Assembly (NCBI GenBank): GCA_031367385.1
Contig: JANLPS010000114.1
Coordinates: forward strand, 1 to 11,054
Source: Archangium sp.
GTDB taxonomy: Bacteria > Myxococcota > Myxococcia > Myxococcales > Myxococcaceae
Direction of reading: 5' to 3'
Length of the DNA: 11,054 nt
The position numbers and the translations under genes were made by a program. Numbering within the stretch: position 1 is the stretch's first letter; each line of letters starts with the position of its first letter. Positions 1 through 6,765 of the stretch are shown one piece after another. The notes below the pieces were generated by a model that did not search any database, had not been told where the DNA came from, and saw only the letters and a program-made list of their open reading frames with translations.

Positions 1-225
1 GTTTTCCTGAATCGCCATCAACAGCCGCTTCATGTGCTTGGGATTGGTGATGATCCGCGAACGCACCTTGGCTTTCGGCTGCTGGGGCTGGACGTAGATG
101 AAGTCGAGCGTGAACTCGGTCTCGGCGTGGTTCACCAGCGCCATGTTCGCGTACTGCCCGTTCGCGATGTTGTCATCGAGCTGAATCTGCAGCTGGAGCT
201 CCGGCGGCTTGTCGTTGTCAGACAT
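1..225 (-). CDS. DUF3467-family small protein, 3' end truncated by window edge (not in ORF track)
   Basis: Manual translation from ATG at 225 gives MSDNDKPPELQLQIQLDDNIANGQYANMALVNHAETEFTLDFIYVQPQQPKAKVRSRIITNPKHMKRLLMAIQEN, open to the edge. The GxYxN...H...EFxLDF...RII..P.H.K.L pattern is typical of DUF3467; third codon positions are GC-rich. Confidence 0.85.
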   Translation of the reverse strand, partial: MSDNDKPPELQLQIQLDDNIANGQYANMALVNHAETEFTLDFIYVQPQQPKAKVRSRIITNPKHMKRLLMAIQEN

Positions 226-260
226 GCGCCACGCTGTATCACGGTGTAACCTGCGAACGC

Positions 261-1025
261 TTGAGCTTTCCCCTCGACCCGGCGCAGACGGCCACCTTCA
301 GCTTGGGCCCCGCGACCGCGAAGTCGGCGGTGCTGTTGCTCCACGGTTTCACCGGCAGCCCCTGGGAGGTTCGCCCGCTCGCCGAAGCCCTCGCCGCGCG
401 CGGCCACCACGTGCTCGTGCCCCGCTTGCCAGGCCACGGCACCGTGCCCGAGGCGATGCTCTGGGCCGGCTGGCGCGACTGGCTCGAAGGCGCCGAGAGC
501 GCGTTGAGCCAGCTCAAGACCTTCGATGAAGTCTCGGTCGGCGGCCTCTCGATGGGAGCCCTGCTGGCCCTCATTCTCGCCGGCCGTCACCACAGCCGGG
601 TCTCGAAGCTGGTGCTCCTCGCGCCGGTGCTCGCGCTCCAAGCCAGAGAAGCCAAGCTGCTGCGCCTGCTGCGCCACCGCAACTTCGGTCTGCTCAACGA
701 CCGGTGGGTGCCCAAGACCAGCACCGACCTCGAAGACGACGAGGTGCGTGCGCAGTCTCCGATGCTCTCGCGCTACCCGGCCAATCGGCTGCTCGACCTG
801 TTCACGCTGCAAGACATCGCCAAGCTCGCCGTGCCGTTGGTGAGGCAGCCCACCTTCATCGCGGCCGCGGTGAACGACCACGTGGTCTCGCTCGAGCGCA
901 TCGAGCAGCTGCACCGCGAGATACCCGCGTCGCGTTTTCTGCTGCTGCAGCGCGGGTTTCACATTCTGCCTCGCGACACCGACCGGGCGCTGCTGCTCTC
1001 TGAAGTGAGTGCGTTTCTGGGCTGA
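261..1025 (+). CDS. Alpha/beta-fold hydrolase, carboxylesterase/monoacylglycerol-lipase (Est30/YvaK-like)
   Basis: LLHGFTGSP oxyanion motif, PRLPGHG, nucleophile elbow GLSMG (GxSxG), acid in NDHVV, catalytic His in GFHILP. TTG start is somewhat uncertain. Confidence 0.9.
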   Translation: MSFPLDPAQTATFSLGPATAKSAVLLLHGFTGSPWEVRPLAEALAARGHHVLVPRLPGHGTVPEAMLWAGWRDWLEGAESALSQLKTFDEVSVGGLSMGALLALILAGRHHSRVSKLVLLAPVLALQAREAKLLRLLRHRNFGLLNDRWVPKTSTDLEDDEVRAQSPMLSRYPANRLLDLFTLQDIAKLAVPLVRQPTFIAAAVNDHVVSLERIEQLHREIPASRFLLLQRGFHILPRDTDRALLLSEVSAFLG

Positions 1026-1118
1026 AAGCGAAGGTGGGTGGGGGTGTGCGAGCCGCCGCGAGAACGGGTGGGCGCCGCGATTGGCGGAAGAGCGGCGTGA
1101 GCCACTAGGTTTCGTCTC

Positions 1119-1955
1119 GTGATGCCGCGACGAAAGCTCCTGACCGCCCTGGCAGCCTCGACCTTCGTGGTGCCGCGGTATGCCCGAGCCGAGCGCAAGC
1201 TCATCGACCGGGAGTTCTTCGAGGTGACCCACCTCGACATGTACCTGACCTCGCTCGACCCGGCGCACGACGGCACCGTGATTGGGCAGCTCTCAGACCT
1301 CCACATCGGCAGCGGCGTGCCTGACGGCCGGGTCATCAGCGCGGTGCGGGCGATGAACGAGGCCGCTCCCGACTTGGTGATGCTCACCGGAGACTTCGTG
1401 ACCACCAAGCGCGACCCCACCGAGCGCGTGCCGCAGCTGCTCGGGTCTCTCAAAGCCCCCTCATTCGCCGTGCTCGGCAACCATGACCACTGGTCGCACC
1501 CCACCGAGCTGCGCCATGGCCTCGAGCAGGTCGGCATGACCGTGCTGCAGAACGAGAACACCGCCATTCGGCACCGCGGAGTCGATTTTCGCATCATCGG
1601 CATCGACGACAGCACCACGCAGAACGACGACGTGCCGCGGGCCTTCAAGGGCGCCGGCACCGGCTCTCGCGTGGTGCTGACCCACACCCCGGCCTGCGCG
1701 CAGAAGCTCCCCGCGTGGGAAGACGTGCTCTGCCTGTCGGGCCACACCCACGGCGGCCAGTGGGACGTGCCGGGCCTCACCTCGGGCCTCTTTCGCCGCG
1801 CAGGCCAGCCCTGGTACCGCGGGCACTACCCCGTTCGGGGCAACCAGCTCTTCGTCAACCGCGGCCTGGGCTTCGGCAAAGGCACCCGCTTGCCGCGCAT
1901 CAACTCAGACCCAGAGTTGACGCTGATCACCCTCCATCGCCTCGAACCCAGCTGA
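1119..1955 (+). CDS. Calcineurin-like metallophosphoesterase (YkuE/YaeI-like) with probable Tat signal peptide
   Basis: All five motifs present: SDLH, TGDFV, LGNHD, LTHTP, SGHTHGGQ, plus NRGLG. N-terminus PRRKLLTALAAS...YARA. Start is GTG 1119 or ATG 1122. Confidence 0.92.
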   Translation: MMPRRKLLTALAASTFVVPRYARAERKLIDREFFEVTHLDMYLTSLDPAHDGTVIGQLSDLHIGSGVPDGRVISAVRAMNEAAPDLVMLTGDFVTTKRDPTERVPQLLGSLKAPSFAVLGNHDHWSHPTELRHGLEQVGMTVLQNENTAIRHRGVDFRIIGIDDSTTQNDDVPRAFKGAGTGSRVVLTHTPACAQKLPAWEDVLCLSGHTHGGQWDVPGLTSGLFRRAGQPWYRGHYPVRGNQLFVNRGLGFGKGTRLPRINSDPELTLITLHRLEPS

Positions 1956-2037
1956 CCCGTTGAGCACGGGCGGGTGGGTCCTTTGACGACACCTAGGCAC
2001 TGGCACCGCACCCCCTCTCGCGTAAAACTGGGCCGGC

Positions 2038-3372
2038 GTGCGCCCGGTGACCCTCATGCTGTTGGCACTGGGCTGCGGCGTCGCCGACCCCGCGCCGGTG
2101 CCAGAAGCCTTCACCCGGCGTGACCCCATTCTCTCGGCCACCGCTGACACAACGACGAATTCGGTCTTCTTGCTCGACCTGCGCTTCGACAATGGGCACG
2201 CCGCCGTCTGCTCGGCGACGCTGATCAGCCCCCGGGTGTTGGCGACCGCCGCGCATTGCCTCGACCCCTCGCGCGAGGGCGCTGCCTCGATGACCGTCAA
2301 AGCCACCAACAAGGCCGACGACTCGAACCTCAAAGCCAGTGACTTCATCGCCGGCACCATGCTCGCACGCCACCCCTCGTACCCCGCGGTGATGGGCGCC
2401 GACCTGGGGCTCATCTTGCTCGCCAGCGCACCCGTGGGAGTCACCCCGGTGCAGCTCCAACGCACGCCCCCCGGGTCGTGGGTGGGTCAGCCCTTGCGCG
2501 TGGTGGGCTACGGCCGAACCGCCGCGGGCACCTCTGACAGTGGCACCCGCCGCACTGGCAACGTCACGGTCAGCTCTGCCAACGCCGATTCACTCGAGTT
2601 CGGCACCGCGGGCGCGACTGGCATCTGCTCGGGTGATTCAGGCGGCCCCGGCTTCTTCTCCCAGGGCGGCGTCGAGCGAATCGCCGGAGTGCACTCCTAC
2701 GTCATCTCGGCCGCCTGCGGCATCGGCGACGACGTGCGCATCGACACCCACCTCGCTTTCATCGACGCCTTCATCGCCGCCAACGACGCCGCGACCTGCG
2801 GGGCTGACGGCCGGTGCCTGGCTGGGTGCACGCCTGCCGACGTCGATTGCCCGAAGTGCACCAGCGATGGCCGTTGCGATGCCAACTGCGCCACGCCCGA
2901 CCCCGATTGCCCGAAATGCGTCGCCGATGCGTTCTGCGACACCACCTGTGCGAGCGACCCCGACTGCGCGCCGATCTGCACCACCGATGGCGTGTGCAAC
3001 AAGGCCTGTGCGTCAGACCCCGACTGCACCGCGGCGTGCGCGACCGAAGACTCCGTTTGCTCGAGCGACTGCCCCGTCGTCGACCCCGATTGCCTCACCG
3101 ACGGCGACGTCTGCACCGACCCGAATCAATGCGCGACCCGGGTGTGCCTGGCCGACGCGCGTGGCTACTCGACCTGCTCGCGCACCTGCGACTCGAGCGC
3201 GCGCTGCCAGCGTCAGATGATCTGCGAGGGTGGGTTCTGCCGGGTGCCGGTCAGCGACGCGCTCGATGGAGGGAATGGCACCTCGGTGCGAGGAGGCTGC
3301 TCCGTCGCTCCTGGAGTGCTCGGGTTGCTGGCCGTGGCGTGGCTGTTGGCTCGACGCCGCACGACCTCATGA
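2038..3372 (+). CDS. Secreted S1 (chymotrypsin-clan) serine protease with Cys/Asp-rich repeats and MYXO-CTERM-type C-terminal anchor
   Basis: Catalytic triad motifs TAAHC, DLGLI and CSGDSGGP. Lipoprotein-like N-terminus LMLLALGC. C-terminus GGCSVAPGVLGLLAVAWLLARRR (GC + TM helix + Arg cluster). Confidence 0.92.
   Translation: MRPVTLMLLALGCGVADPAPVPEAFTRRDPILSATADTTTNSVFLLDLRFDNGHAAVCSATLISPRVLATAAHCLDPSREGAASMTVKATNKADDSNLKASDFIAGTMLARHPSYPAVMGADLGLILLASAPVGVTPVQLQRTPPGSWVGQPLRVVGYGRTAAGTSDSGTRRTGNVTVSSANADSLEFGTAGATGICSGDSGGPGFFSQGGVERIAGVHSYVISAACGIGDDVRIDTHLAFIDAFIAANDAATCGADGRCLAGCTPADVDCPKCTSDGRCDANCATPDPDCPKCVADAFCDTTCASDPDCAPICTTDGVCNKACASDPDCTAACATEDSVCSSDCPVVDPDCLTDGDVCTDPNQCATRVCLADARGYSTCSRTCDSSARCQRQMICEGGFCRVPVSDALDGGNGTSVRGGCSVAPGVLGLLAVAWLLARRRTTS
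2797..3093 (+). repeat. Five tandem 60-nt (20-aa) Cys-rich coding repeats, consensus CxxDGxCxxxCxx(x)DPDC
   Basis: First Cys codons at 2797, 2857, 2917, 2977 and 3037. Units: CGADGRCLAGCTPADVDCPK / CTSDGRCDANCATPDPDCPK / CVADAFCDTTCASDPDCAPI / CTTDGVCNKACASDPDCTAA / CATEDSVCSSDCPVVDPDC. Confidence 0.93.
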
Positions 3373-3386
3373 TCATCGGTACGCCC

Positions 3387-3536
3387 TTAGATTGACGCGC
3401 GCGGAGGCGTCGCTGCCGGCTTCGTCACAGGCAACTCGACCGCGACCAACACGGTTTGATAGCCGCCGATAACCGCCAATCGCTTCACCTCAGCGATGCC
3501 CCCAGTGCCGATGCGTACGACTTGTCCGTCGGTCAT
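3387..3536 (-). CDS. Small hypothetical protein, 49 aa (below ORF-track cutoff)
   Basis: ATG 3536 to TAA 3387: MTDGQVVRIGTGGIAEVKRLAVIGGYQTVLVAVELPVTKPAATPPRASI. Beta-strand-like pattern; stop lies 14 nt from the convergent protease stop. No clear Shine-Dalgarno (SD) sequence. Confidence 0.4.
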   Translation of the reverse strand: MTDGQVVRIGTGGIAEVKRLAVIGGYQTVLVAVELPVTKPAATPPRASI

Positions 3537-3597
3537 TTGGCTGGTTTACGAGGCCAAAACGGTGTTGTCACGCCTCCGGCCAATCCGCATGAAAATC

Positions 3598-3648
3598 TGT
3601 AAATCAACAGCTGTTGTAAATTCGTTAACGCTTCAAATTGTAAATTCG
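3598..3648. promoter_or_regulatory. AT-rich tract with direct repeats (TGTAAAT x3; TTGTAAATTCG x2) and palindrome CAACAGCTGTTG; candidate protein-binding site
   Basis: TGTAAAT at 3598, 3615 and 3639. TTGTAAATTCG at 3614-3624 and 3638-3648. Perfect 12-bp palindrome at 3605-3616. 19/60 G+C over 3591-3650 in a high-GC context. Confidence 0.45.
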
Positions 3649-3649
3649 G

Positions 3650-4130
3650 TCGGGCGACGGCGATGGCGCCGAGGGTCGCGAAGCCGGCGAGCACGGCCAC
3701 CGAAGGCCAACTCGCCAAGGCGAGGGCAATCGCTCCGCTGAGGTGACTCCGCGCGCGAAAGCCCCCGGAGGCGCTCACCAACTGTCGCAACGTTGCGACA
3801 ATAATGTCACTTCTGACTTTACAAAATTGTCCCATCGTTGGGACAGCTGGCCTCGCCGACGGGTTCTCGCGCCCGAGAGCGCTGCTGCTCCACTGCCCCG
3901 TCGAGCCACGCGGTGCTCCATTAACCCGAAGGCGAGCAGGGCCGTTGTCGCCCGGGGCTCACGTCGCCAAGCCACAGCGTCAGCAGCAGCAGCAGCACCG
4001 CGCGAAAGGTGTGAACGAGGTGATCGCGCTTGAAGGCTGAGCGGGCGAACAGCGTGTACTTCCGCAGGGGAGCGTCGATGGCTCCAGCCACTGACAACAG
4101 ACCAAGGCTCACGGGTAGCAGGTCGAGCAC
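3650..4130 (-). pseudogene. Possible degraded/frameshifted membrane-protein gene, or a 69-aa small membrane ORF at 3921-4130
   Basis: Hydrophobic GC3-rich segments in different frames: VLDLLPVSLGLLSVAGAID...FRAVLLLLLTL (3921-4130 frame), AWRREPRATTALLAFGL (3775-3975 frame) and GAIALALASWPSVAVLAGFATLGAIAVARP (3533-3835 frame). Confidence 0.25.
3778..3850. repeat. 30-bp imperfect inverted repeat whose arms each contain an 18-bp palindrome (TGT-N12-ACA); candidate tandem operator/enhancer or element remnant
   Basis: TGTCGCAACGTTGCGACA (3783-3800, perfect) and TGTCCCATCGTTGGGACA (3828-3845, one mismatch). Arms 3778-3807 and 3821-3850 match 24/30 as an inverted repeat. Confidence 0.8.
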
Positions 4131-4140
4131 GGGGCCGGGC

Positions 4141-5028
4141 TCACAGCCGGTGCCCAGAGAGCGCTTCGAACACCGAGATGACCGCCCCGATGTCTTGCTC
4201 ACCTTTGCCGGCGGCGCGGGCCAGGTTGTAGGTCTCTCGCAGCGACGAGGCCGTCGGAGTCGGCACTTTGTTGGCTGCCGCGTTCTCCAAAAACAGCGAC
4301 AGGTCTTTGTGCATCAGGTCGATTGAAAAGTGCGTCGCGAAGTCATGCGCGAGGAGCGTGGGCCCCTTGAAGTCGTAATACGGCGAGCGAAACCCAGAGG
4401 CCTGCACGACTTCAATCAGCTTCTTCGGGTCGACGCCGGCCTTCGAGGTGAGCAGCAACCCCTCTGAAAACGCCTGCAGCATCGCGGCGATCATCACGTT
4501 GCCCGCGAGCTTGACCTGAGTGCCAGCTCCGACGGGGCCGCAGTGAATGACCTTCTCACCCACCGCCGCGAAGATCGGGTTCGCGCGCGCCAGCGTGGCC
4601 TCGCTCGCGCCGGTCATCATCACCAGCGTGCCCTTCTCGGCGCCGCCCTTCGAGCCCGTCACCGGGGCATCGGCGAAGTCGACTCCCTTCGCCGCGAACG
4701 CCGCCTCGAGCTGCTTCACCAGCGGCACCGACACCGTCGAGAAGTCGATGTACAGCTGGCCCTTCTTCGCGCCCTCGAGCAGGCCGTTCGGGCCCAATGC
4801 CACGCTCGTCAGCGCACCCACATCGGCGACGCAGGTGCAAAACGCGTCGACCCCCGCGGCCAACGCAGCCGGTGACGACGCCACCGAAATGCCCTGTGCT
4901 TTCAAGGCCTCAGCCGGGGCGGGAGACCGGTTCCACACCGTGACGTCGAAGCCCTTCTTCTTCAGGTTCGCGGCCATACGGCTGCCCATCAAACCCAAGC
5001 CACAAAACCCGATTTTCAAGAGGCTCAT
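4141..5028 (-). CDS. NAD(P)-dependent beta-hydroxyacid dehydrogenase (3-hydroxyisobutyrate dehydrogenase / tartronate semialdehyde / glyoxylate reductase family)
   Basis: Rossmann motif IGFCGLGLMG, WNRS, DFSTV, substrate motif DAPVTGS, catalytic Lys in VKLAGN, C-terminal FSIDLMHKDL. Exact substrate cannot be assigned. Confidence 0.93.
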   Translation of the reverse strand: MSLLKIGFCGLGLMGSRMAANLKKKGFDVTVWNRSPAPAEALKAQGISVASSPAALAAGVDAFCTCVADVGALTSVALGPNGLLEGAKKGQLYIDFSTVSVPLVKQLEAAFAAKGVDFADAPVTGSKGGAEKGTLVMMTGASEATLARANPIFAAVGEKVIHCGPVGAGTQVKLAGNVMIAAMLQAFSEGLLLTSKAGVDPKKLIEVVQASGFRSPYYDFKGPTLLAHDFATHFSIDLMHKDLSLFLENAAANKVPTPTASSLRETYNLARAAGKGEQDIGAVISVFEALSGHRL

Positions 5029-5042
5029 GCCGTGGCCTTAGC

Positions 5043-5087
5043 AGGCTGACGAGAAGCGCGCTCCGGTCCGTCGCTTCTCATCAACCT
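5043..5087 (-). promoter_or_regulatory. 16-bp stem-loop in the 5' leader of the dehydrogenase gene / divergent intergenic region
   Basis: Arms AGGCTGACGAGAAGCG (5043-5058) and CGCTTCTCATCAACCT (5072-5087), 13-nt loop. The two DNA mismatches are G-U pairs on the minus-strand RNA. Confidence 0.55.
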
Positions 5088-5134
5088 CCTCCACCGCTCG
5101 CCACCGTTCAAAACCTTGTAAGGTGCCCCCTCGC

Positions 5135-5341
5135 ATGAAGCTTCGACTTCCCTTTCGCAAAGAAAACTCCAGCGCGGCGCAGCGCGAGCGTGAGGAGCAA
5201 TTGCAAAAGGCCGTCGCCGACGGGCTCCGCACCCTGGGCGTGATGTTTCAGCGCGCTGCTGACTTCATCGAGAAGAAGCGGCTCGAGAAGCAGGGCTACG
5301 ACAAGCAGGGTCGTTTTCTCGAACGAACGCCGCGCCGCTAA
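5135..5341 (+). CDS. Small basic helical hypothetical protein (68 aa)
   Basis: MKLRLPFRKENSSAAQREREEQLQKAVADGLRTLGVMFQRAADFIEKKRLEKQG...; GC3-rich codons; ends 10 nt before the next gene. ATG 5135 preferred over GTG 5123. Confidence 0.7.
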   Translation: MKLRLPFRKENSSAAQREREEQLQKAVADGLRTLGVMFQRAADFIEKKRLEKQGYDKQGRFLERTPRR

Positions 5342-5351
5342 AACGAGACCA

Positions 5352-6677
5352 GTGCTCTACAAAATCGTTCGAGCCATCGCGTCACTGGTACTGCGGCAAT
5401 TCTTTCGAATCGGGCCACCGGTCGACCTCTTTCGCGCGCTGCACACCACCGGGCCCGTCATCTTCGTCGGCAACCACCCCAACGGGCTCATCGACCCCGG
5501 GCTGGTCGCGATTCTGGCCGAACGCCACGTGACGTTTCTGGCGAAGGCGCCGCTCTTCAAGATGCCGCTGCTGGGGCCCATTCTCAAAGGCATCGACGCG
5601 CTGCCGGTCTTTCGCAAACAAGACGGAGCGAACACCGCCGCCAACGACAGCACCCTCACCGCCGCGGTCTCTGCGCTGGTCGAAGGGCGAGCGATCACGA
5701 TTTTCCCTGAAGGCAAAAGCCACTCCGAGCCGCAGCTCTCGGCGCTCAAGACCGGGTGCGCCCGCATCGCGCTCGACGCGGTTCGCCAAGGGGCCGCCGT
5801 GCGCATCGTGCCGATCGGGCTCACCTACGGCGAGAAGAACCGCTTCAAGAGCCGGGTGCACATCGAGGTCGCCGCGCCCATCGACGCCACGGCCTTCGCC
5901 CCAAAGCCCGGAGCAGACGCGTTCGAAGCCGCCAAGGCGCTCACCCAGGCCATCGCCGCGTCGCTGCGCCAGGTCACCTTGAACTTGGAGCAGTGGGAAG
6001 ACCTGCCGATCATCGAGACCGCCGAGTCGCTCTACGCCCTCAAGCAGGGTGACGACGCCGGCAACCCCGAGCGCCACCGCGCGTTCGCCAAGGGCATGGC
6101 TCTGCTGCGCGATGAGCAACCCGAACGCTTCGAAGCCCTCAAACGACAGGTCGCCTCGTTTCGACGCCGGCTCGATTTGGTGCAGGTCTCCGCGAAGGAG
6201 CTCACCTTCGCCTACCGCCCCGCGACCGTGGTGACCTTCGCGCTGCGCAACCTGCTCTGGCTGCTCGGGCTGCCGGTGTTTCTGCTCGGCATGGTGCTCT
6301 TCACCATTCCGTACTGGGTGCCGATCACGTTGACCCACGTGATGAAGACCGAAGACGACGTGCAGTCGACGGTGAAGGTGGTGGCGTTGATGGTGCTCGC
6401 GCCGTTCTGGTGGGCGGTGCTGACCGTGACCGCGTTCTTCTTCGGCGGCGCAGGGTGGGCCCTCGCGATGTTCTTCGCCGCGCTGCCCCTGGCGTTGTTC
6501 ACCCGCTGGTACTTCGAGCGCCGCCTGGCTGCCTTGCACGACGCCCGAACGTTCTTCGTCTTCTGGAGCCGCGACCGCCTCAAATCGACGCTCCTGGCCG
6601 AGGGAGAGACCCTCTCGGCCGAGATCAACCGGGTCGCCGACGAGCTCCGCCCACGGGTCACTGCCGCCCAAGATTGA
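5352..6677 (+). CDS. Lysophospholipid/glycerol-3-phosphate acyltransferase (PlsC superfamily) with C-terminal transmembrane helices
   Basis: HxxxxD motif NHPNGLID, FLAKAPLF, PVFR, IFPEG block, LKTGCARIA, IVPIGL; several hydrophobic helices in the C-terminal third. Confidence 0.92.
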   Translation: MLYKIVRAIASLVLRQFFRIGPPVDLFRALHTTGPVIFVGNHPNGLIDPGLVAILAERHVTFLAKAPLFKMPLLGPILKGIDALPVFRKQDGANTAANDSTLTAAVSALVEGRAITIFPEGKSHSEPQLSALKTGCARIALDAVRQGAAVRIVPIGLTYGEKNRFKSRVHIEVAAPIDATAFAPKPGADAFEAAKALTQAIAASLRQVTLNLEQWEDLPIIETAESLYALKQGDDAGNPERHRAFAKGMALLRDEQPERFEALKRQVASFRRRLDLVQVSAKELTFAYRPATVVTFALRNLLWLLGLPVFLLGMVLFTIPYWVPITLTHVMKTEDDVQSTVKVVALMVLAPFWWAVLTVTAFFFGGAGWALAMFFAALPLALFTRWYFERRLAALHDARTFFVFWSRDRLKSTLLAEGETLSAEINRVADELRPRVTAAQD

Positions 6678-6765
6678 GTGAATTCAGGCGCTTGTGCGAG
6701 GCCCGGCAACTTTCTACGCTGCCCAGCGACAATTCTCGAAATCTGAGACTGCAAGGAAACCAGAA

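Noticed and set aside
1031..1075. G-rich intergenic tract (GGTGGGTGGGGG...GGGTGGG) as a G-quadruplex or repeat
   Set aside because: The G-runs are split by a long gap and are unremarkable at this GC content; no supporting evidence.
132..1780. Long minus-strand ORFs 132-1268 and 959-1780 and other overlapping frames
   Set aside because: Antisense or alternate-frame shadows of the esterase and phosphoesterase genes, expected in high-GC DNA; Arg/His-rich with no motifs.
1954..1984. Possible terminator after the phosphoesterase (CCCGT-tgagc-ACGGG; GACCC...GGGTC-CTTT)
   Set aside because: Stems are only 5 bp and the U-tract only 3 nt; too weak to call.
1994..2010. Sigma54-like GG-N10-GC (TAGGCACTGGCACCGCA) upstream of the protease
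   Set aside because: Lacks the conserved TGG and TTGC context; such matches are frequent by chance in GC-rich DNA.
3581..3825. dif (XerC/D)-like matches at CCGCATGAAAATCTGTAAAT and GACAATAATGTCACTTCTGAC
   Set aside because: The first lacks the 6-bp central spacer; the second lacks a credible XerD arm (TTATGTTAAAT).
3783..3845. parS site, CRISPR repeat pair or Tn7/Tn5053-type transposon end
   Set aside because: Does not match parS (TGTTTCACGTGAAACA). Only two units in inverted arrangement with no cas genes. GACAATAATGTC only loosely resembles TnsB sites, and there is no transposase or target duplication.
5382..6671. 429-aa minus-strand ORF
   Set aside because: In-register antisense shadow of the acyltransferase gene, which has clear catalytic motifs.
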